DNA of 24,549 nt from a virus (lineage: Duplodnaviria; Caudoviricetes), in IMG/VR virus record IMGVR_UViG_3300047272_000342, positions 1 through 24,549 of that record; one strand, written 5' to 3'. The notes beneath the pieces were generated by a model that saw only the letters and a program-made list of their open reading frames with translations, did no database searches and had not been told where the DNA came from. The position numbers and the translations under genes were made by a program. Shown piece after piece: positions 1-8,580 of this stretch (its first letter is position 1; each line of letters opens with the position of its first letter).

Positions 1-22
1 AAATATGCCCTACAATGGAACA

Positions 23-532
23 ATGTCTCGAAAAGCAGCTCGCGGGCAGAAGCTTCCTCCACAAGAGGTTGAGCTTCTCAACTCGCTTACCGCGGACGCC
101 CTTATTGGTCGAGTGAATGCCCTTTACACGCAAGGCTGGTCTTTGCAGTGCATAGGTGAAGCACTCTCGCCCGTACGTCCACGAACTACGATCCGCAGCT
201 GGGTTTTGAAGGCATCCTCTAAAGAGAAGAGCGATACAGGAATAATAGACGCCCCTATTCCGTCACCAAAACTGGTTTCAGAAGAAGGCGTTTACCAGAA
301 GAAGCGTAAGTCCACAGATATCTCTACAAAGGTTCTTGAGGATATTCGGCTTCTGGCTCCACTCGCACGCACCTTCCGTTCTAGAATGGCCTCTACATCT
401 GCACCAGCGGTTGCGAACCAGCGACTAACTGGGCTTTGTAAGGAGCTTCACACTAATGGCGTATCCATTCGTGCATTGGCTGAGGCAGCGGGCGTAACGT
501 ATCGAGCAATGTATAAACGGGTTATTCTCTAG
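23..532 (+). CDS. Double helix-turn-helix DNA-binding protein
   Basis: Two HTH-like segments: GWSLQCIGEALSPVRPRTTIRSW and GVSIRALAEAAGVTYRAMYKR. Start moved from 5 to ATG 23 because TACAAT (11-16) lies 6 nt upstream, the leaderless pattern seen elsewhere in the window. Confidence 0.7.
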   Translation: MSRKAARGQKLPPQEVELLNSLTADALIGRVNALYTQGWSLQCIGEALSPVRPRTTIRSWVLKASSKEKSDTGIIDAPIPSPKLVSEEGVYQKKRKSTDISTKVLEDIRLLAPLARTFRSRMASTSAPAVANQRLTGLCKELHTNGVSIRALAEAAGVTYRAMYKRVIL

Positions 533-565
533 ACCCCCTCACAGGAAGAAGAACATCAAGTCAAT

Positions 566-595
566 TTGACACGTCTGTCGGGAGCAGGCTACAGT
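566..595 (+). promoter_or_regulatory. SigA/sigma70-type promoter for the NlpC/P60 gene
   Basis: TTGACA (566-571), 18-nt spacer, TACAGT (590-595), in the intergenic gap. A purine-rich RBS lies at about 631-643. Confidence 0.6.
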
Positions 596-650
596 GTCCC
601 ATATCACAAACGGCTGAGAAATCACTCTCAAAGGAAAGGTAGGCCGCCAA

Positions 651-1346
651 ATGAAGCAAAACACAACCGAACCCAACAGTGGAAAGAAAAGACCAAACGT
701 TTTTATCCACTATGCACTAGGAATCATGCTAGTGATGACTGCATCGGCTCCACAGCCAGTTGCAGCCGCCGCTGTATCTCCTATCACTGCACCATCATCG
801 GCAATACTAAAAGAGGATGTAAAAGATCCAGTATCAGCATTATTGCCATCCCCTGCGTTTACTCTGCAAGAGTATGCGCTGACATTACAGCTAGATCAGC
901 TGGAGCAGCAGCTCGAAGAAGCGGAAGAAAAGGTAGACGCAAAAATTGCATCTATCGACGCTGAGTTCGAGAAGTATGCGACTGTAGACGCCCTTATTGA
1001 GAAGCTCTACAGTTACGTAGGAAAATCTGCCTACGTATTTTCAGGAATAGGCCCGTCGGGCTGGGACTGCTCAGGCTTAACCGCCTGGTTCTACAAGCAG
1101 TACAAAGGTGAATATCTAGAGCACCGTGCTTCAGCGCAAGTTGAGAACGGTACTCAGACTGATAGCCCAGTTCCTGGAGACGTAGTTGCGTTTACCTACA
1201 AGGGATCTAAGTCCGCATACCACGTAGCTATCTACGTCGGTGGCGGTATGATGATCCACGCAAAGAACTCACGGGAGGGCACAGTCCTCGAATCCGTGAA
1301 GGGTTTTGCAAAGAAGAATAGCAAGGTTGCATATATTCGCTATTAG
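651..1346 (+). CDS. Secreted NlpC/P60 family peptidoglycan endopeptidase
   Basis: N-terminal basic plus hydrophobic signal-like segment, a coiled-coil (LQLDQLEQQLEEAEEK), and a C-terminal domain with GWDCSG (catalytic Cys), PGDVV, YHVAIYVGGG (His) and MIHA. Confidence 0.9.
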   Translation: MKQNTTEPNSGKKRPNVFIHYALGIMLVMTASAPQPVAAAAVSPITAPSSAILKEDVKDPVSALLPSPAFTLQEYALTLQLDQLEQQLEEAEEKVDAKIASIDAEFEKYATVDALIEKLYSYVGKSAYVFSGIGPSGWDCSGLTAWFYKQYKGEYLEHRASAQVENGTQTDSPVPGDVVAFTYKGSKSAYHVAIYVGGGMMIHAKNSREGTVLESVKGFAKKNSKVAYIRY

Positions 1347-1355
1347 TGTTATGCT
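1327..1355 (+). promoter_or_regulatory. SigA-type promoter for a leaderless transcript
   Basis: TTGCAT (1327-1332), 17 nt, then TATGCT (1350-1355) preceded by TGn. ATG follows 6 nt later at 1362. Confidence 0.65.
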
Positions 1356-1361
1356 GTGTGT

Positions 1362-1574
1362 ATGAACACACTAACTACACCAATCGCAGGGGTTGTCTAC
1401 CTGGTGATCGTTGCCCTCATTGCAGGTCCAACACTATATCGCCTGGTAGGCAACCTTTCGCGTTTACGGAAGAACCGTAAGGCAATCGCACACACACCTG
1501 GACCACTCCTAGGTGTTATCTACCCTGACCGTTTCGGCACAAACAAACCTACAGACGAGGACACTGGACGATGA
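1362..1574 (+). CDS. Small membrane protein (1 TM)
   Basis: Hydrophobic IAGVVYLVIVALIAGPTLY followed by a basic stretch. Start taken as ATG 1362. Confidence 0.65.
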   Translation: MNTLTTPIAGVVYLVIVALIAGPTLYRLVGNLSRLRKNRKAIAHTPGPLLGVIYPDRFGTNKPTDEDTGR

Positions 1575-1735
1575 AACTTTATCTCTTCCTTCGCTCAATC
1601 ATTTGGACTTCGGTTCTCTCGGTTACTGCGTGTATTGCTGCACTAGTAACTGCGTTTATCGCACCCACCCTGTCCATCCCGCTAGGCCTAGTTGCAATCG
1701 CACTTGCCACGCTATCTCCTAGACGGGTTGACTAA
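1571..1735 (+). CDS. Small membrane protein (54 aa, 2 TM), absent from the ORF track
   Basis: ATG overlaps the previous stop (ATGA 1571-1574). Translation: MKLYLFLRSIIWTSVLSVTACIAALVTAFIAPTLSIPLGLVAIALATLSPRRVD*. It fills the gap exactly. Confidence 0.7.
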   Translation: MKLYLFLRSIIWTSVLSVTACIAALVTAFIAPTLSIPLGLVAIALATLSPRRVD

Positions 1736-1913
1736 AATCGAATCTCTACTTATAGCCCTTTCTATTACCGCTCTGGTTTTAGTACTGGCGTTTGTTCTAT
1801 TCGCTTTATTCTTCACACTAATAGTTTTTCTTGGCCCAGCAGACGCATTTGATGTCTCGCTAGACCAGAACGCACCAACCACACACCAAAAGAAAGACAT
1901 AGACAATACATGA
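1728..1913 (+). CDS. Small membrane protein
   Basis: Hydrophobic run of about 30 residues (LLIALSITALVLVLAFVLFALFFTLIVFLG). Likely TTG start at 1728 overlapping the previous stop; its own stop overlaps the next ATG (ATGA). Confidence 0.6.
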   Translation: MTKIESLLIALSITALVLVLAFVLFALFFTLIVFLGPADAFDVSLDQNAPTTHQKKDIDNT

Positions 1914-2197
1914 CAGATCTTCCATCCAGAACAATCACAGTAAAAACCTACGACGAGTTCAGAGACACCGTTCCATTTAGCGGCGTCTTCGAAATGACAG
2001 ACTGTTCCGTAGAGATTTGGTGCCCAGAGCTAGCCGAAGTAGAAGAAGTCGGCAGAATGGTTGCACTAATTGAATCCATGGTTCACGTAACTGACATTCG
2101 CGTAGGATCAAGCATCGAAGATTTCGCTTCTGACGATTACAGAGTAATCATCTCAGAGCAGCCCGACAAACTAGCGAAAAAACGATCTAGCCGATAA
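1910..2197 (+). CDS. Hypothetical protein
   Basis: 95-aa ORF coupled by an ATGA overlap; no motif recognised. Confidence 0.7.
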   Translation: MTDLPSRTITVKTYDEFRDTVPFSGVFEMTDCSVEIWCPELAEVEEVGRMVALIESMVHVTDIRVGSSIEDFASDDYRVIISEQPDKLAKKRSSR

Positions 2198-2204
2198 GAG
2201 AGAA

Positions 2205-2798
2205 ATGACGACAATCACAATGAGCGACGAAAAAAAGTACATAAAGAAAAACCAGCGACTGCCAGAGGACATTAAGCGAGAGTTCGAGTTGATGTCTGAC
2301 AACATCAAGCGCGACAAGCTTATTAAGAATCTAGTTGACGCCAGTTGGACTTACGAAGCAATCTCGAATGCGTCTGGACTAACCAGAGAGCGTATTCGAC
2401 AGATTGCAAATGCTGTAGAGAAGCTAGCTGCAGAGTTTAACTTTGACTTAGGGATCGATATCCCAGAACCACCGACAAAGCCTGAAAAGGTTGGCCCGAC
2501 ATACGTTGAGCCAAAGCCAGAGACATTGAAGCGTCTACTCGAGCTTCAGCCATACGCTCAGCAGGTTCGTGCCAATGGAAAGCAGTACCGAAAGGAAGCA
2601 GAGGAGTATACCGCTCTGCTAAATCACGCTCACGTTAACGAGGGCGTTACTCTTTACCGTTTGGCAAAGCGTTTAGGCGTCACCCACGGTGCGCTACGCT
2701 TCCGCCTTGTTCGCTACGGCTACAAGAAACCAGTTACAGCAACATCAAAGGTTTACGAACCAATTGTTCGAGAGAACAGACTTCTAGGAGAGGAATAG
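2205..2798 (+). CDS. Double HTH DNA-binding protein (sigma70 region-4-like first HTH)
   Basis: WTYEAISNASGLTRERIRQI (classic TRERIRQI HTH) and GVTLYRLAKRLGVTHGALRFRL. Confidence 0.8.
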   Translation: MTTITMSDEKKYIKKNQRLPEDIKREFELMSDNIKRDKLIKNLVDASWTYEAISNASGLTRERIRQIANAVEKLAAEFNFDLGIDIPEPPTKPEKVGPTYVEPKPETLKRLLELQPYAQQVRANGKQYRKEAEEYTALLNHAHVNEGVTLYRLAKRLGVTHGALRFRLVRYGYKKPVTATSKVYEPIVRENRLLGEE

Positions 2799-2802
2799 AT
2801 AT

Positions 2803-3054
2803 ATGCGCGATTTAATTGATCAGTACAACATAGATATGCAGCAGGAGAATTTCGCAATGCTAGTTGCAGCGCGAGTTAACGACATTCTGGCTGGTACAGC
2901 TGTCACGCTTCACTACGAGCTAGTTGGCGGGATGATGTACACCAGAGAGCAGGAGACTCTACTGTTTGCAGATCTAATTGCCCGCGCAGTATGCGCAAAC
3001 TTAAACCGAGATGATCTAGAGACCCTAGAGACACTAGAAACCGCAGGAGAGTAA
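2803..3054 (+). CDS. Hypothetical protein
   Basis: 83-aa ORF with an upstream GGAGAGGA RBS. Its stop overlaps the katG start (TAATG). Confidence 0.65.
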   Translation: MRDLIDQYNIDMQQENFAMLVAARVNDILAGTAVTLHYELVGGMMYTREQETLLFADLIARAVCANLNRDDLETLETLETAGE

Positions 3055-5246
3055 TGAACGACGAAGCAACATGCCCAGTTCCTCACGGAGCTAGCAACTC
3101 GACTGGCACTGCCAACACATCTAAGTGGTGGCCAGACCAGCTAACGACCGACGCTCTAATCCACAACTCAGAGAAGAGCAACCCTTACTACGACGACTGG
3201 GACTACAAGTACGAGTCTGAGTTTGATGACCTAGATCTAGCTGAAGTTAAGGCTGAAATCACCAAGGTAATGAAGACCTCACACCCGATGTGGCCTGCTG
3301 ACTACGGACACTACGGTCCTTTCTTCATTCGTATGGCTTGGCACTCAGCTGGTACCTACCGCGTAAGCGATGGTCGCGGTGGTGCAGGTCAGGGTCTTCA
3401 GCGATTCGCTCCACTGAACTCATGGCCTGACAACGTAAACCTGGACAAGGCTCGTCGTTTGCTTTGGCCAGTAAAGCAGAAGTTTGGACGTAAGCTCTCA
3501 TGGGCTGACCTGATGATTCTTGCAGGTAACGTTGCACTCGAAGACATGGGCTTTAAGACTTTCGGCTTTGCTGGTGGTCGCACAGATGTTTGGGAACCCG
3601 ACAACACATACTGGGGCTCAGAGACCGAGTGGCTAGCAAACGGACGTTACGACGCAACTCGCGATGCAGGAACTCTAGAGAACCCGCTTGCAGCTGTACA
3701 GATGGGACTTATTTACGTAAACCCTGAAGGTCCAGATGGCAATCCAGACTTTATAGCTGCAGCAAAAGACATCCGCGAAACCTTCAAGCGCATGGCGATG
3801 AACGATGAGGAAACTGTTGCTCTTATTGCTGGTGGTCACGCTTTCGGTAAGACTCACGGTGCTCACGATGCTTCCTACCTAAAATGGGAGCCAGAGAACG
3901 CGCCTATCCAGTCTGCTGGACTAGGCTGGGCTAACACCAAGGGCAAGGGTCACTCAGAGGACACCATCTCCTCAGGTCTTGAAGTTACTTGGACTCCGAC
4001 TCCAACCAAGTGGGACAACAGCTACCTAGAGATGATCTACGGCTACGACAAGTGGGAGATTGAAGAATCTCCAGCAGGTGCTAAGCAGTGGAAGCCAGTT
4101 GCTGACGAGGTACACCTTGCTCCGCATGCTCACCTAGAGAACAAGTATGTCGAGATCCGCATGCTAACCACTGACCTAGCTCTGCGTTACGGCGATCCAG
4201 AGTACTACCGCATTTCACGCAAGTTCCTAGAGGACTTCGACTACTTCTCAGATGTATTTGCACGCGCATGGTTCAAGTTGACTCACCGCGACATGGGACC
4301 AAAGGCTCGTTACCACGGCTCGGAAGTTCCAGACGAGACTCTGCTTTGGCAGGACCCAATTTCTGGCCCTAAGCACACCGTGCTAACTACAACTCAGCGT
4401 TATATGCTGAAGGCTGGCATCCTGCAGGCAATTACCACCGATCCTTCTATTGCTACCAAGCTGATTAGAACTGCGTGGTCGTCTGCGTCAAGCTACCGAA
4501 ACTCAGACAAGCGCGGTGGAGCCAACGGTGCACGCGTCATCCTGAGACCTCAGATCAGCTGGATGTCTAATGATGCAGACGAGATCCTAAGCACTGTCAG
4601 CCTTCTCACCCGAATTGCTAAGAGTGCAGACATTCAGGTCTCTACGGCTGACTTGATTGTTATCGGTGGAGATGTAGCAATTGAACGGGCAGCACAGCTA
4701 GCTGGCGTCTCTCACGTCGAAGCCGCTTCGGATAACTGGCGTTCAGATGCAACTCAGGAAGAGACCGACGTTGAGTCTTTCGACTACCTGAAGCCACTTG
4801 CTGACGGATTCACCAACTGGATTCCAGAAGGAACTGAAGACATCGCAGAGCGTCTACTTCTAGAGAAGGCAGCCCTACTCGGCTTGACCCCTCCAGAGAT
4901 GACAGTTCTTGTTGGTGGTCTACGAGTTCTAGGAGTTACACACGGCAACACTAAGCACGGTGTTCTCACTGATACGCCTGGTGTTCTAGACAACTCCTAC
5001 TTCCGCAACCTATTGGATATCAATATTGCTTGGGCACCTAAGGCTGACCAGAAGGGCGTCTATGGCTCGCACTCCTACTTCAATGGAGAGCGTAAGTGGA
5101 CTGCAACCCGCGCTGACCTAGTCTTCGCATCAAACTCTGTATTGCGTGCCCTCGCCGAGGTTTACGCATCAGATGATGCAAAGGATAAGTTCGCCCAGGA
5201 CTTCCTGTGGGCATGGCACAAGGTCATGAACTCAGATAAGTTCTAA
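3054..5246 (+). CDS. katG: Catalase-peroxidase KatG
   Basis: 730 aa. Motifs: CPVPH N-terminus, WWP, RMAWHSAGTYR (distal Arg/Trp/His), GLIYVNPEG (adduct Tyr), RMAMNDEE (adduct Met), GGHAFGKTHG (proximal His), MLTTDLAL, and the C-terminal domain SDKRGGANGAR...WHKVMNSDKF. RBS AGGAG upstream. Confidence 0.97.
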   Translation: MNDEATCPVPHGASNSTGTANTSKWWPDQLTTDALIHNSEKSNPYYDDWDYKYESEFDDLDLAEVKAEITKVMKTSHPMWPADYGHYGPFFIRMAWHSAGTYRVSDGRGGAGQGLQRFAPLNSWPDNVNLDKARRLLWPVKQKFGRKLSWADLMILAGNVALEDMGFKTFGFAGGRTDVWEPDNTYWGSETEWLANGRYDATRDAGTLENPLAAVQMGLIYVNPEGPDGNPDFIAAAKDIRETFKRMAMNDEETVALIAGGHAFGKTHGAHDASYLKWEPENAPIQSAGLGWANTKGKGHSEDTISSGLEVTWTPTPTKWDNSYLEMIYGYDKWEIEESPAGAKQWKPVADEVHLAPHAHLENKYVEIRMLTTDLALRYGDPEYYRISRKFLEDFDYFSDVFARAWFKLTHRDMGPKARYHGSEVPDETLLWQDPISGPKHTVLTTTQRYMLKAGILQAITTDPSIATKLIRTAWSSASSYRNSDKRGGANGARVILRPQISWMSNDADEILSTVSLLTRIAKSADIQVSTADLIVIGGDVAIERAAQLAGVSHVEAASDNWRSDATQEETDVESFDYLKPLADGFTNWIPEGTEDIAERLLLEKAALLGLTPPEMTVLVGGLRVLGVTHGNTKHGVLTDTPGVLDNSYFRNLLDINIAWAPKADQKGVYGSHSYFNGERKWTATRADLVFASNSVLRALAEVYASDDAKDKFAQDFLWAWHKVMNSDKF

Positions 5247-5257
5247 TACATTGAACA

Positions 5258-5289
5258 CAGAGGCCCCTCGCGAAAGCGGGGGGTTTCTG
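5258..5289 (+). terminator. GC-rich stem-loop after katG (probable intrinsic terminator)
   Basis: CAGAGGCCCCTCGC-GAAA-GCGGGGGGTTTCTG forms 14 bp including 3 G-U pairs with a GNRA loop, 12 nt after the katG stop. The U-tract is short. Confidence 0.75.
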
Positions 5290-5296
5290 CTATGAT
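5288..5296 (+). promoter_or_regulatory. Extended -10 promoter for the heme oxygenase gene
   Basis: TGCTATGAT (TGn + TATGAT). RBS AAGGAG at 5320-5325. Confidence 0.55.
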
Positions 5297-5330
5297 AGAA
5301 TCGTAAACCCACAAAAAACAAGGAGAAATT

Positions 5331-5936
5331 ATGCTCTCTCAAGCCGTACGCGAAGCATCAAAAACTGCGCACGTTGCAGCCGAGCGTAGCCCTTTCATGA
5401 CTGCATTGATGAAGGGTGATGTTGGCTCTGACGCCTACCGTGACTACCTAACTCAGCTTGCTCCAATTTATGAAGCCCTTGAAGCATGGGACGACAAGCG
5501 TAACCCTTGGCCGCTATTTGACCGTCGTCTTGATCGATTTGAGCGCATCATCTGCGACATCGAATCTCTTGGTGGTTCCGCTCTCGTTTGCGATGCAACT
5601 CTGGAGTACGCCGATCACATTAAGTCCCTGGTTGCATCTAACGACTGGGTGCGGCTTCTCGCTCACCACTACACCCGCTACCTCGGTGACCTATCGGGCG
5701 GGCAGGCAATTGCTTCCTTAGTTACTCGTAACCTCATGATTCCGCCGAACTTCCTATCTTTCTATGAGTTCGACTGTATCGATGACAAGGTTCGCTATAA
5801 AGAGACTTACCGTGAGAATCTAGATACCCTGGTTCCAGTAGAAGACTACCAATTGTTCATCGATGAAGTAGTAGCCGCGTTTGGCTACAACCAGAGAATT
5901 TTCGATGCTCTTGCTAAGCGCTGGTTGACAATCTAA
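5331..5936 (+). CDS. hmuO: Heme oxygenase (biliverdin-producing, HmuO/HO-1 family)
   Basis: Proximal His in SKTAHVAAERSPF, the IYEALE helix, the signature HHYTRYLGDLSGGQ, FYEF, and FIDEVVAAFGYN. Confidence 0.93.
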   Translation: MLSQAVREASKTAHVAAERSPFMTALMKGDVGSDAYRDYLTQLAPIYEALEAWDDKRNPWPLFDRRLDRFERIICDIESLGGSALVCDATLEYADHIKSLVASNDWVRLLAHHYTRYLGDLSGGQAIASLVTRNLMIPPNFLSFYEFDCIDDKVRYKETYRENLDTLVPVEDYQLFIDEVVAAFGYNQRIFDALAKRWLTI

Positions 5937-5953
5937 AGTTATTGCGATACCAT
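5925..5953 (+). promoter_or_regulatory. SigA-type promoter for a leaderless transcript
   Basis: TTGACA (5925-5930), 17 nt, TACCAT (5948-5953), 6 nt, then an in-frame ATG at 5960. Confidence 0.75.
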
Positions 5954-5959
5954 CTGAGA

Positions 5960-6493
5960 ATGAGCAGATGGAATTATGGACTAACCCCTACCGAAGAAGC
6001 AATGGCATGCAGCGTGGGGTTCCTACGGCAGCAGCCATATCTAGGTGCACCAGAAGCCAACCGTAGATATTCCGAAGGGGATATGTGGGAGACTTGGCAG
6101 CACACTATGACTGTCATGTCTGAAATTGCGTTTGCCAGAATGATGGGCATAGAAGATTTCTCCCCTAGTGTAAATACTCGTAAAGGCGAGCCAGACGTTG
6201 GCGTCTGGGAGGTCCGATACAAGTTCACTGATGGCGGATTGAGAGAACCATCGCTTAGATTTAGTGGTGATGTAGACAAGATGACCTCCCCTTACGTTCT
6301 GCTTACTGGTGGGCCAGAAAAGAAGATTATTCGAAGCGCTGTTAATGACTACAGAACCCCAGACTTTGTTGCGCACGGCTGGTGCTACCCAAATGAAGTC
6401 CTGCGACCAGAGTTTGTAAACGGTGAGGAGAATGGCAAGCCTACTTATTTGGTACCACTTTCTGCTCTACGTTCAATGTCTGAGCTAGAATAG
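5960..6493 (+). CDS. Hypothetical protein, possible PD-(D/E)XK-like nuclease fold
   Basis: SEIAFARMMG ... EPDVGVWEVRY resembles the E...PD..E-x-K/R arrangement. Start reassigned from TTG 5942 to ATG 5960. Confidence 0.5.
   Translation: MSRWNYGLTPTEEAMACSVGFLRQQPYLGAPEANRRYSEGDMWETWQHTMTVMSEIAFARMMGIEDFSPSVNTRKGEPDVGVWEVRYKFTDGGLREPSLRFSGDVDKMTSPYVLLTGGPEKKIIRSAVNDYRTPDFVAHGWCYPNEVLRPEFVNGEENGKPTYLVPLSALRSMSELE
6481..6491 (+). promoter_or_regulatory. -10 element for a leaderless terminase transcript
   Basis: TGAGC-TAGAAT (hexamer 6486-6491), 6 nt before ATG 6498. No SD upstream. Confidence 0.55.
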
Positions 6494-6497
6494 CTAC

Positions 6498-7904
6498 ATG
6501 GGTAAAAGCATTATGGAGATCCTCGCGTCTCTGCCAGAGGCAGAACGCATGGCGGCGCTCGAAGGAATGGATCCCGAGCAACTGCTCTGGGACTGGTCTG
6601 TCTGGGGTCGTCCAGAGCAGCAAGCTCCCGAGGGCGACTGGAACATCTGGCTTGTACTTGCAGGTCGTGGTTTTGGTAAGACTCGTCTAGCTTCCGAATG
6701 GGTTCGCGAACAAGCGAAGTATACCAATGAAGGCCAACGCCGTTTCGCACTTGTTGCCCGTACCGCAGCTGACGTACGTGACGTTATCGTTGAAGGTGAG
6801 TCGGGCATTATGAATGTCACCCCGCCTTCTGAGAAACCTCTATACGAACCTTCGAAGCGTCGTCTAACTTGGCCTAACGGAAACACAGCAACCCTATTCA
6901 CCGCGGATGAGCCTGACGGTCTTCGTGGTCCTCAGTTCACTCACGCATGGGGCGATGAGATTGCGGCTTGGCGTCAGACCCCCGATGCCGCAGGTATGAC
7001 CGCCTTCGACAACCTCCGAGTTGGTACTCGTCTTGGTAAGAACCCAAAGATTCTAGTTACCACCACTCCGAAGCGTACTCCGCTTCTCTACAAACTTATT
7101 GAAGAGCAAAAGACTGGCCGCGTTGCGATTACTCGTGGTTCAACCATGGATAACGCAGGTAACTTGTCTGGTGCCTACCTTGACACAATGCTCGGCGTAT
7201 ACGAGGGAACATCCCTTGCCCGCCAGGAGCTCTATGGTGAAATGCTTGAAGCCATGGAAGGCGCGATGTGGACCGAGGAAATGATCGAGGCTGGACGCGA
7301 AAGCATCTACCCGTTCTCCACTCCACTTCGCATCATTGGTGTTGACCCGTCTGTTGCCGAAAATCCTCGCGATGAGTGCGGAATTGTTGTTGTTGCATCT
7401 TCTGCAGAGCCAGATCTCTACAAACGTAACGCTTGGGTGCTTGAAGATGCTTCAGTACTCGGTTCACCGACTGTTTGGGCCCAAAGAGTCGTAGATATGG
7501 CAAGAAAGTGGGGTTGTCCCGTTGTTGCGGAAGTTAATCAGGGTGGTGCAATGGTACGCAACGCGATCAACACCATCGACCCATCAATTAAAGTACTTGA
7601 AGTCCACTCAAAGCAGGGAAAGCAGCTTCGAGCAGAGCCTATATCTCTGGCTTATGAACAACAGCGCGTCCATCACGTTGGTTACCTCGCTGATCTAGAG
7701 TCTCAGATGATTTCATGGGTGCCAGGTGAAGGAAAATCTCCTGACCGTATCGATGCACTCGTTCACGCGCTCACTGCGCTCCTAATTAAGCCTCCAGCAG
7801 GCTTTTCTGGTGGAAAACTACGCGCAAAAAGCTTCGCAGACCGAAAATTAGGGATAACAACCCCCAATAGCAGGCCTACAGGTCGAATTTTTAGGGTCAA
7901 ATAG
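6498..7904 (+). CDS. terL: Terminase large subunit
   Basis: Walker A LAGRGFGKT, LRGPQF...AWGDE Walker B, the VTTTP motif III, and nuclease domain IIGVDP, AEVNQGG, SPDRIDA. Confidence 0.95.
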   Translation: MGKSIMEILASLPEAERMAALEGMDPEQLLWDWSVWGRPEQQAPEGDWNIWLVLAGRGFGKTRLASEWVREQAKYTNEGQRRFALVARTAADVRDVIVEGESGIMNVTPPSEKPLYEPSKRRLTWPNGNTATLFTADEPDGLRGPQFTHAWGDEIAAWRQTPDAAGMTAFDNLRVGTRLGKNPKILVTTTPKRTPLLYKLIEEQKTGRVAITRGSTMDNAGNLSGAYLDTMLGVYEGTSLARQELYGEMLEAMEGAMWTEEMIEAGRESIYPFSTPLRIIGVDPSVAENPRDECGIVVVASSAEPDLYKRNAWVLEDASVLGSPTVWAQRVVDMARKWGCPVVAEVNQGGAMVRNAINTIDPSIKVLEVHSKQGKQLRAEPISLAYEQQRVHHVGYLADLESQMISWVPGEGKSPDRIDALVHALTALLIKPPAGFSGGKLRAKSFADRKLGITTPNSRPTGRIFRVK

Positions 7905-8254
7905 TGAAAATACTCTTAGATAGGTTTCCTTGCCACTTAGCCGCTATCGGGGCGGGAAAAGTGGAAGATGTGACCACAATGAGGAGTTTTGAGCCTACAA
8001 AAGGGTCAAATTACCTAGAAATCACTCGAGTTATAGTCACAGACACTTTAATTCTCATTGCCAAGGACGGTAATGACGGTCCCGAGATCGTATTTAAAGA
8101 GACCTACGACGAATTCATTCCATCTGACGAGCCAACTAAGGACTCTTTTGTTGTCACAACGTCTGGAAAGATGATAGCATTCAAAAAAGATACTGGCTGC
8201 GGGTGTGGATCACGCCTTAGGGGCTGGAATCCATACAAAACACTGAATACATAA
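7904..8254 (+). CDS. Hypothetical protein with a C-terminal GCGCG motif
   Basis: GTG start overlaps the terL stop. KKDTGCGCGSRLRGWNP near the C-terminus. Confidence 0.7.
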   Translation: MKILLDRFPCHLAAIGAGKVEDVTTMRSFEPTKGSNYLEITRVIVTDTLILIAKDGNDGPEIVFKETYDEFIPSDEPTKDSFVVTTSGKMIAFKKDTGCGCGSRLRGWNPYKTLNT

Positions 8255-8271
8255 CGACATGGAGTACTATT

Positions 8272-8562
8272 TTGGATTTTAGCTTAACTGTATTTGTAAT
8301 ATACTCGCTGGCTGCGTACAGAGTTACCAGATTTTTTGTTGAAGATGTTTTGTTCGAACCAGTACGCAATAAAATATGGAGTAAATTCCCTCCAAGCACC
8401 AAATTCGGATATCTACTCACCTGCTATTGGTGTTTAGGTTTCTGGGTAGCATTTTTCTTTATTATCATGGCCTACCTGCTACCTGAATTCACATTTGTGG
8501 TATCATTAATTTTGGCTATCTCTGCTTTGATCGGGTTAATCTCAACCCGACTAGAGCGATAA
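8272..8562 (+). CDS. DUF1360-like membrane protein
   Basis: LAAYRVTRFFVEDVLFEPVR ... GYLLTCYWCLGFW, about 3 hydrophobic segments, GGAG RBS. This family is typically seen between terminase and portal in actinophages. Confidence 0.75.
   Translation: MDFSLTVFVIYSLAAYRVTRFFVEDVLFEPVRNKIWSKFPPSTKFGYLLTCYWCLGFWVAFFFIIMAYLLPEFTFVVSLILAISALIGLISTRLER
8496..8506 (+). promoter_or_regulatory. Extended -10 promoter candidate for the portal operon
   Basis: TGTGG-TATCAT, about 75 nt upstream of the portal start. RBS AGGAG at about 8569-8573. Confidence 0.4.
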
Positions 8563-8580
8563 CAGTTTAGGAGCCTCATC

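Noticed and set aside
566-964. 132-aa alternative-frame ORF overlapping NlpC/P60
   Set aside because: Its TTG is the -35 box of a promoter, it overlaps a well-supported gene, and its composition is not protein-like.
1513-1722. 69-aa Cys-rich ORF
   Set aside because: It is a shadow frame of the coupled 54-aa membrane ORF at 1571-1735.
3016-3042. 9-nt period repeat (CTAGAGACC/CTAGAGACA/CTAGAAACC, LET x3)
   Set aside because: A short coding micro-repeat with no spacers or regulatory context.
3054-5936. katG and heme oxygenase as host chromosome flanking a prophage
   Set aside because: They are flanked on both sides by phage-type genes, katG overlaps the upstream ORF (TAATG), codon style is similar, and no att site or integrase is visible.
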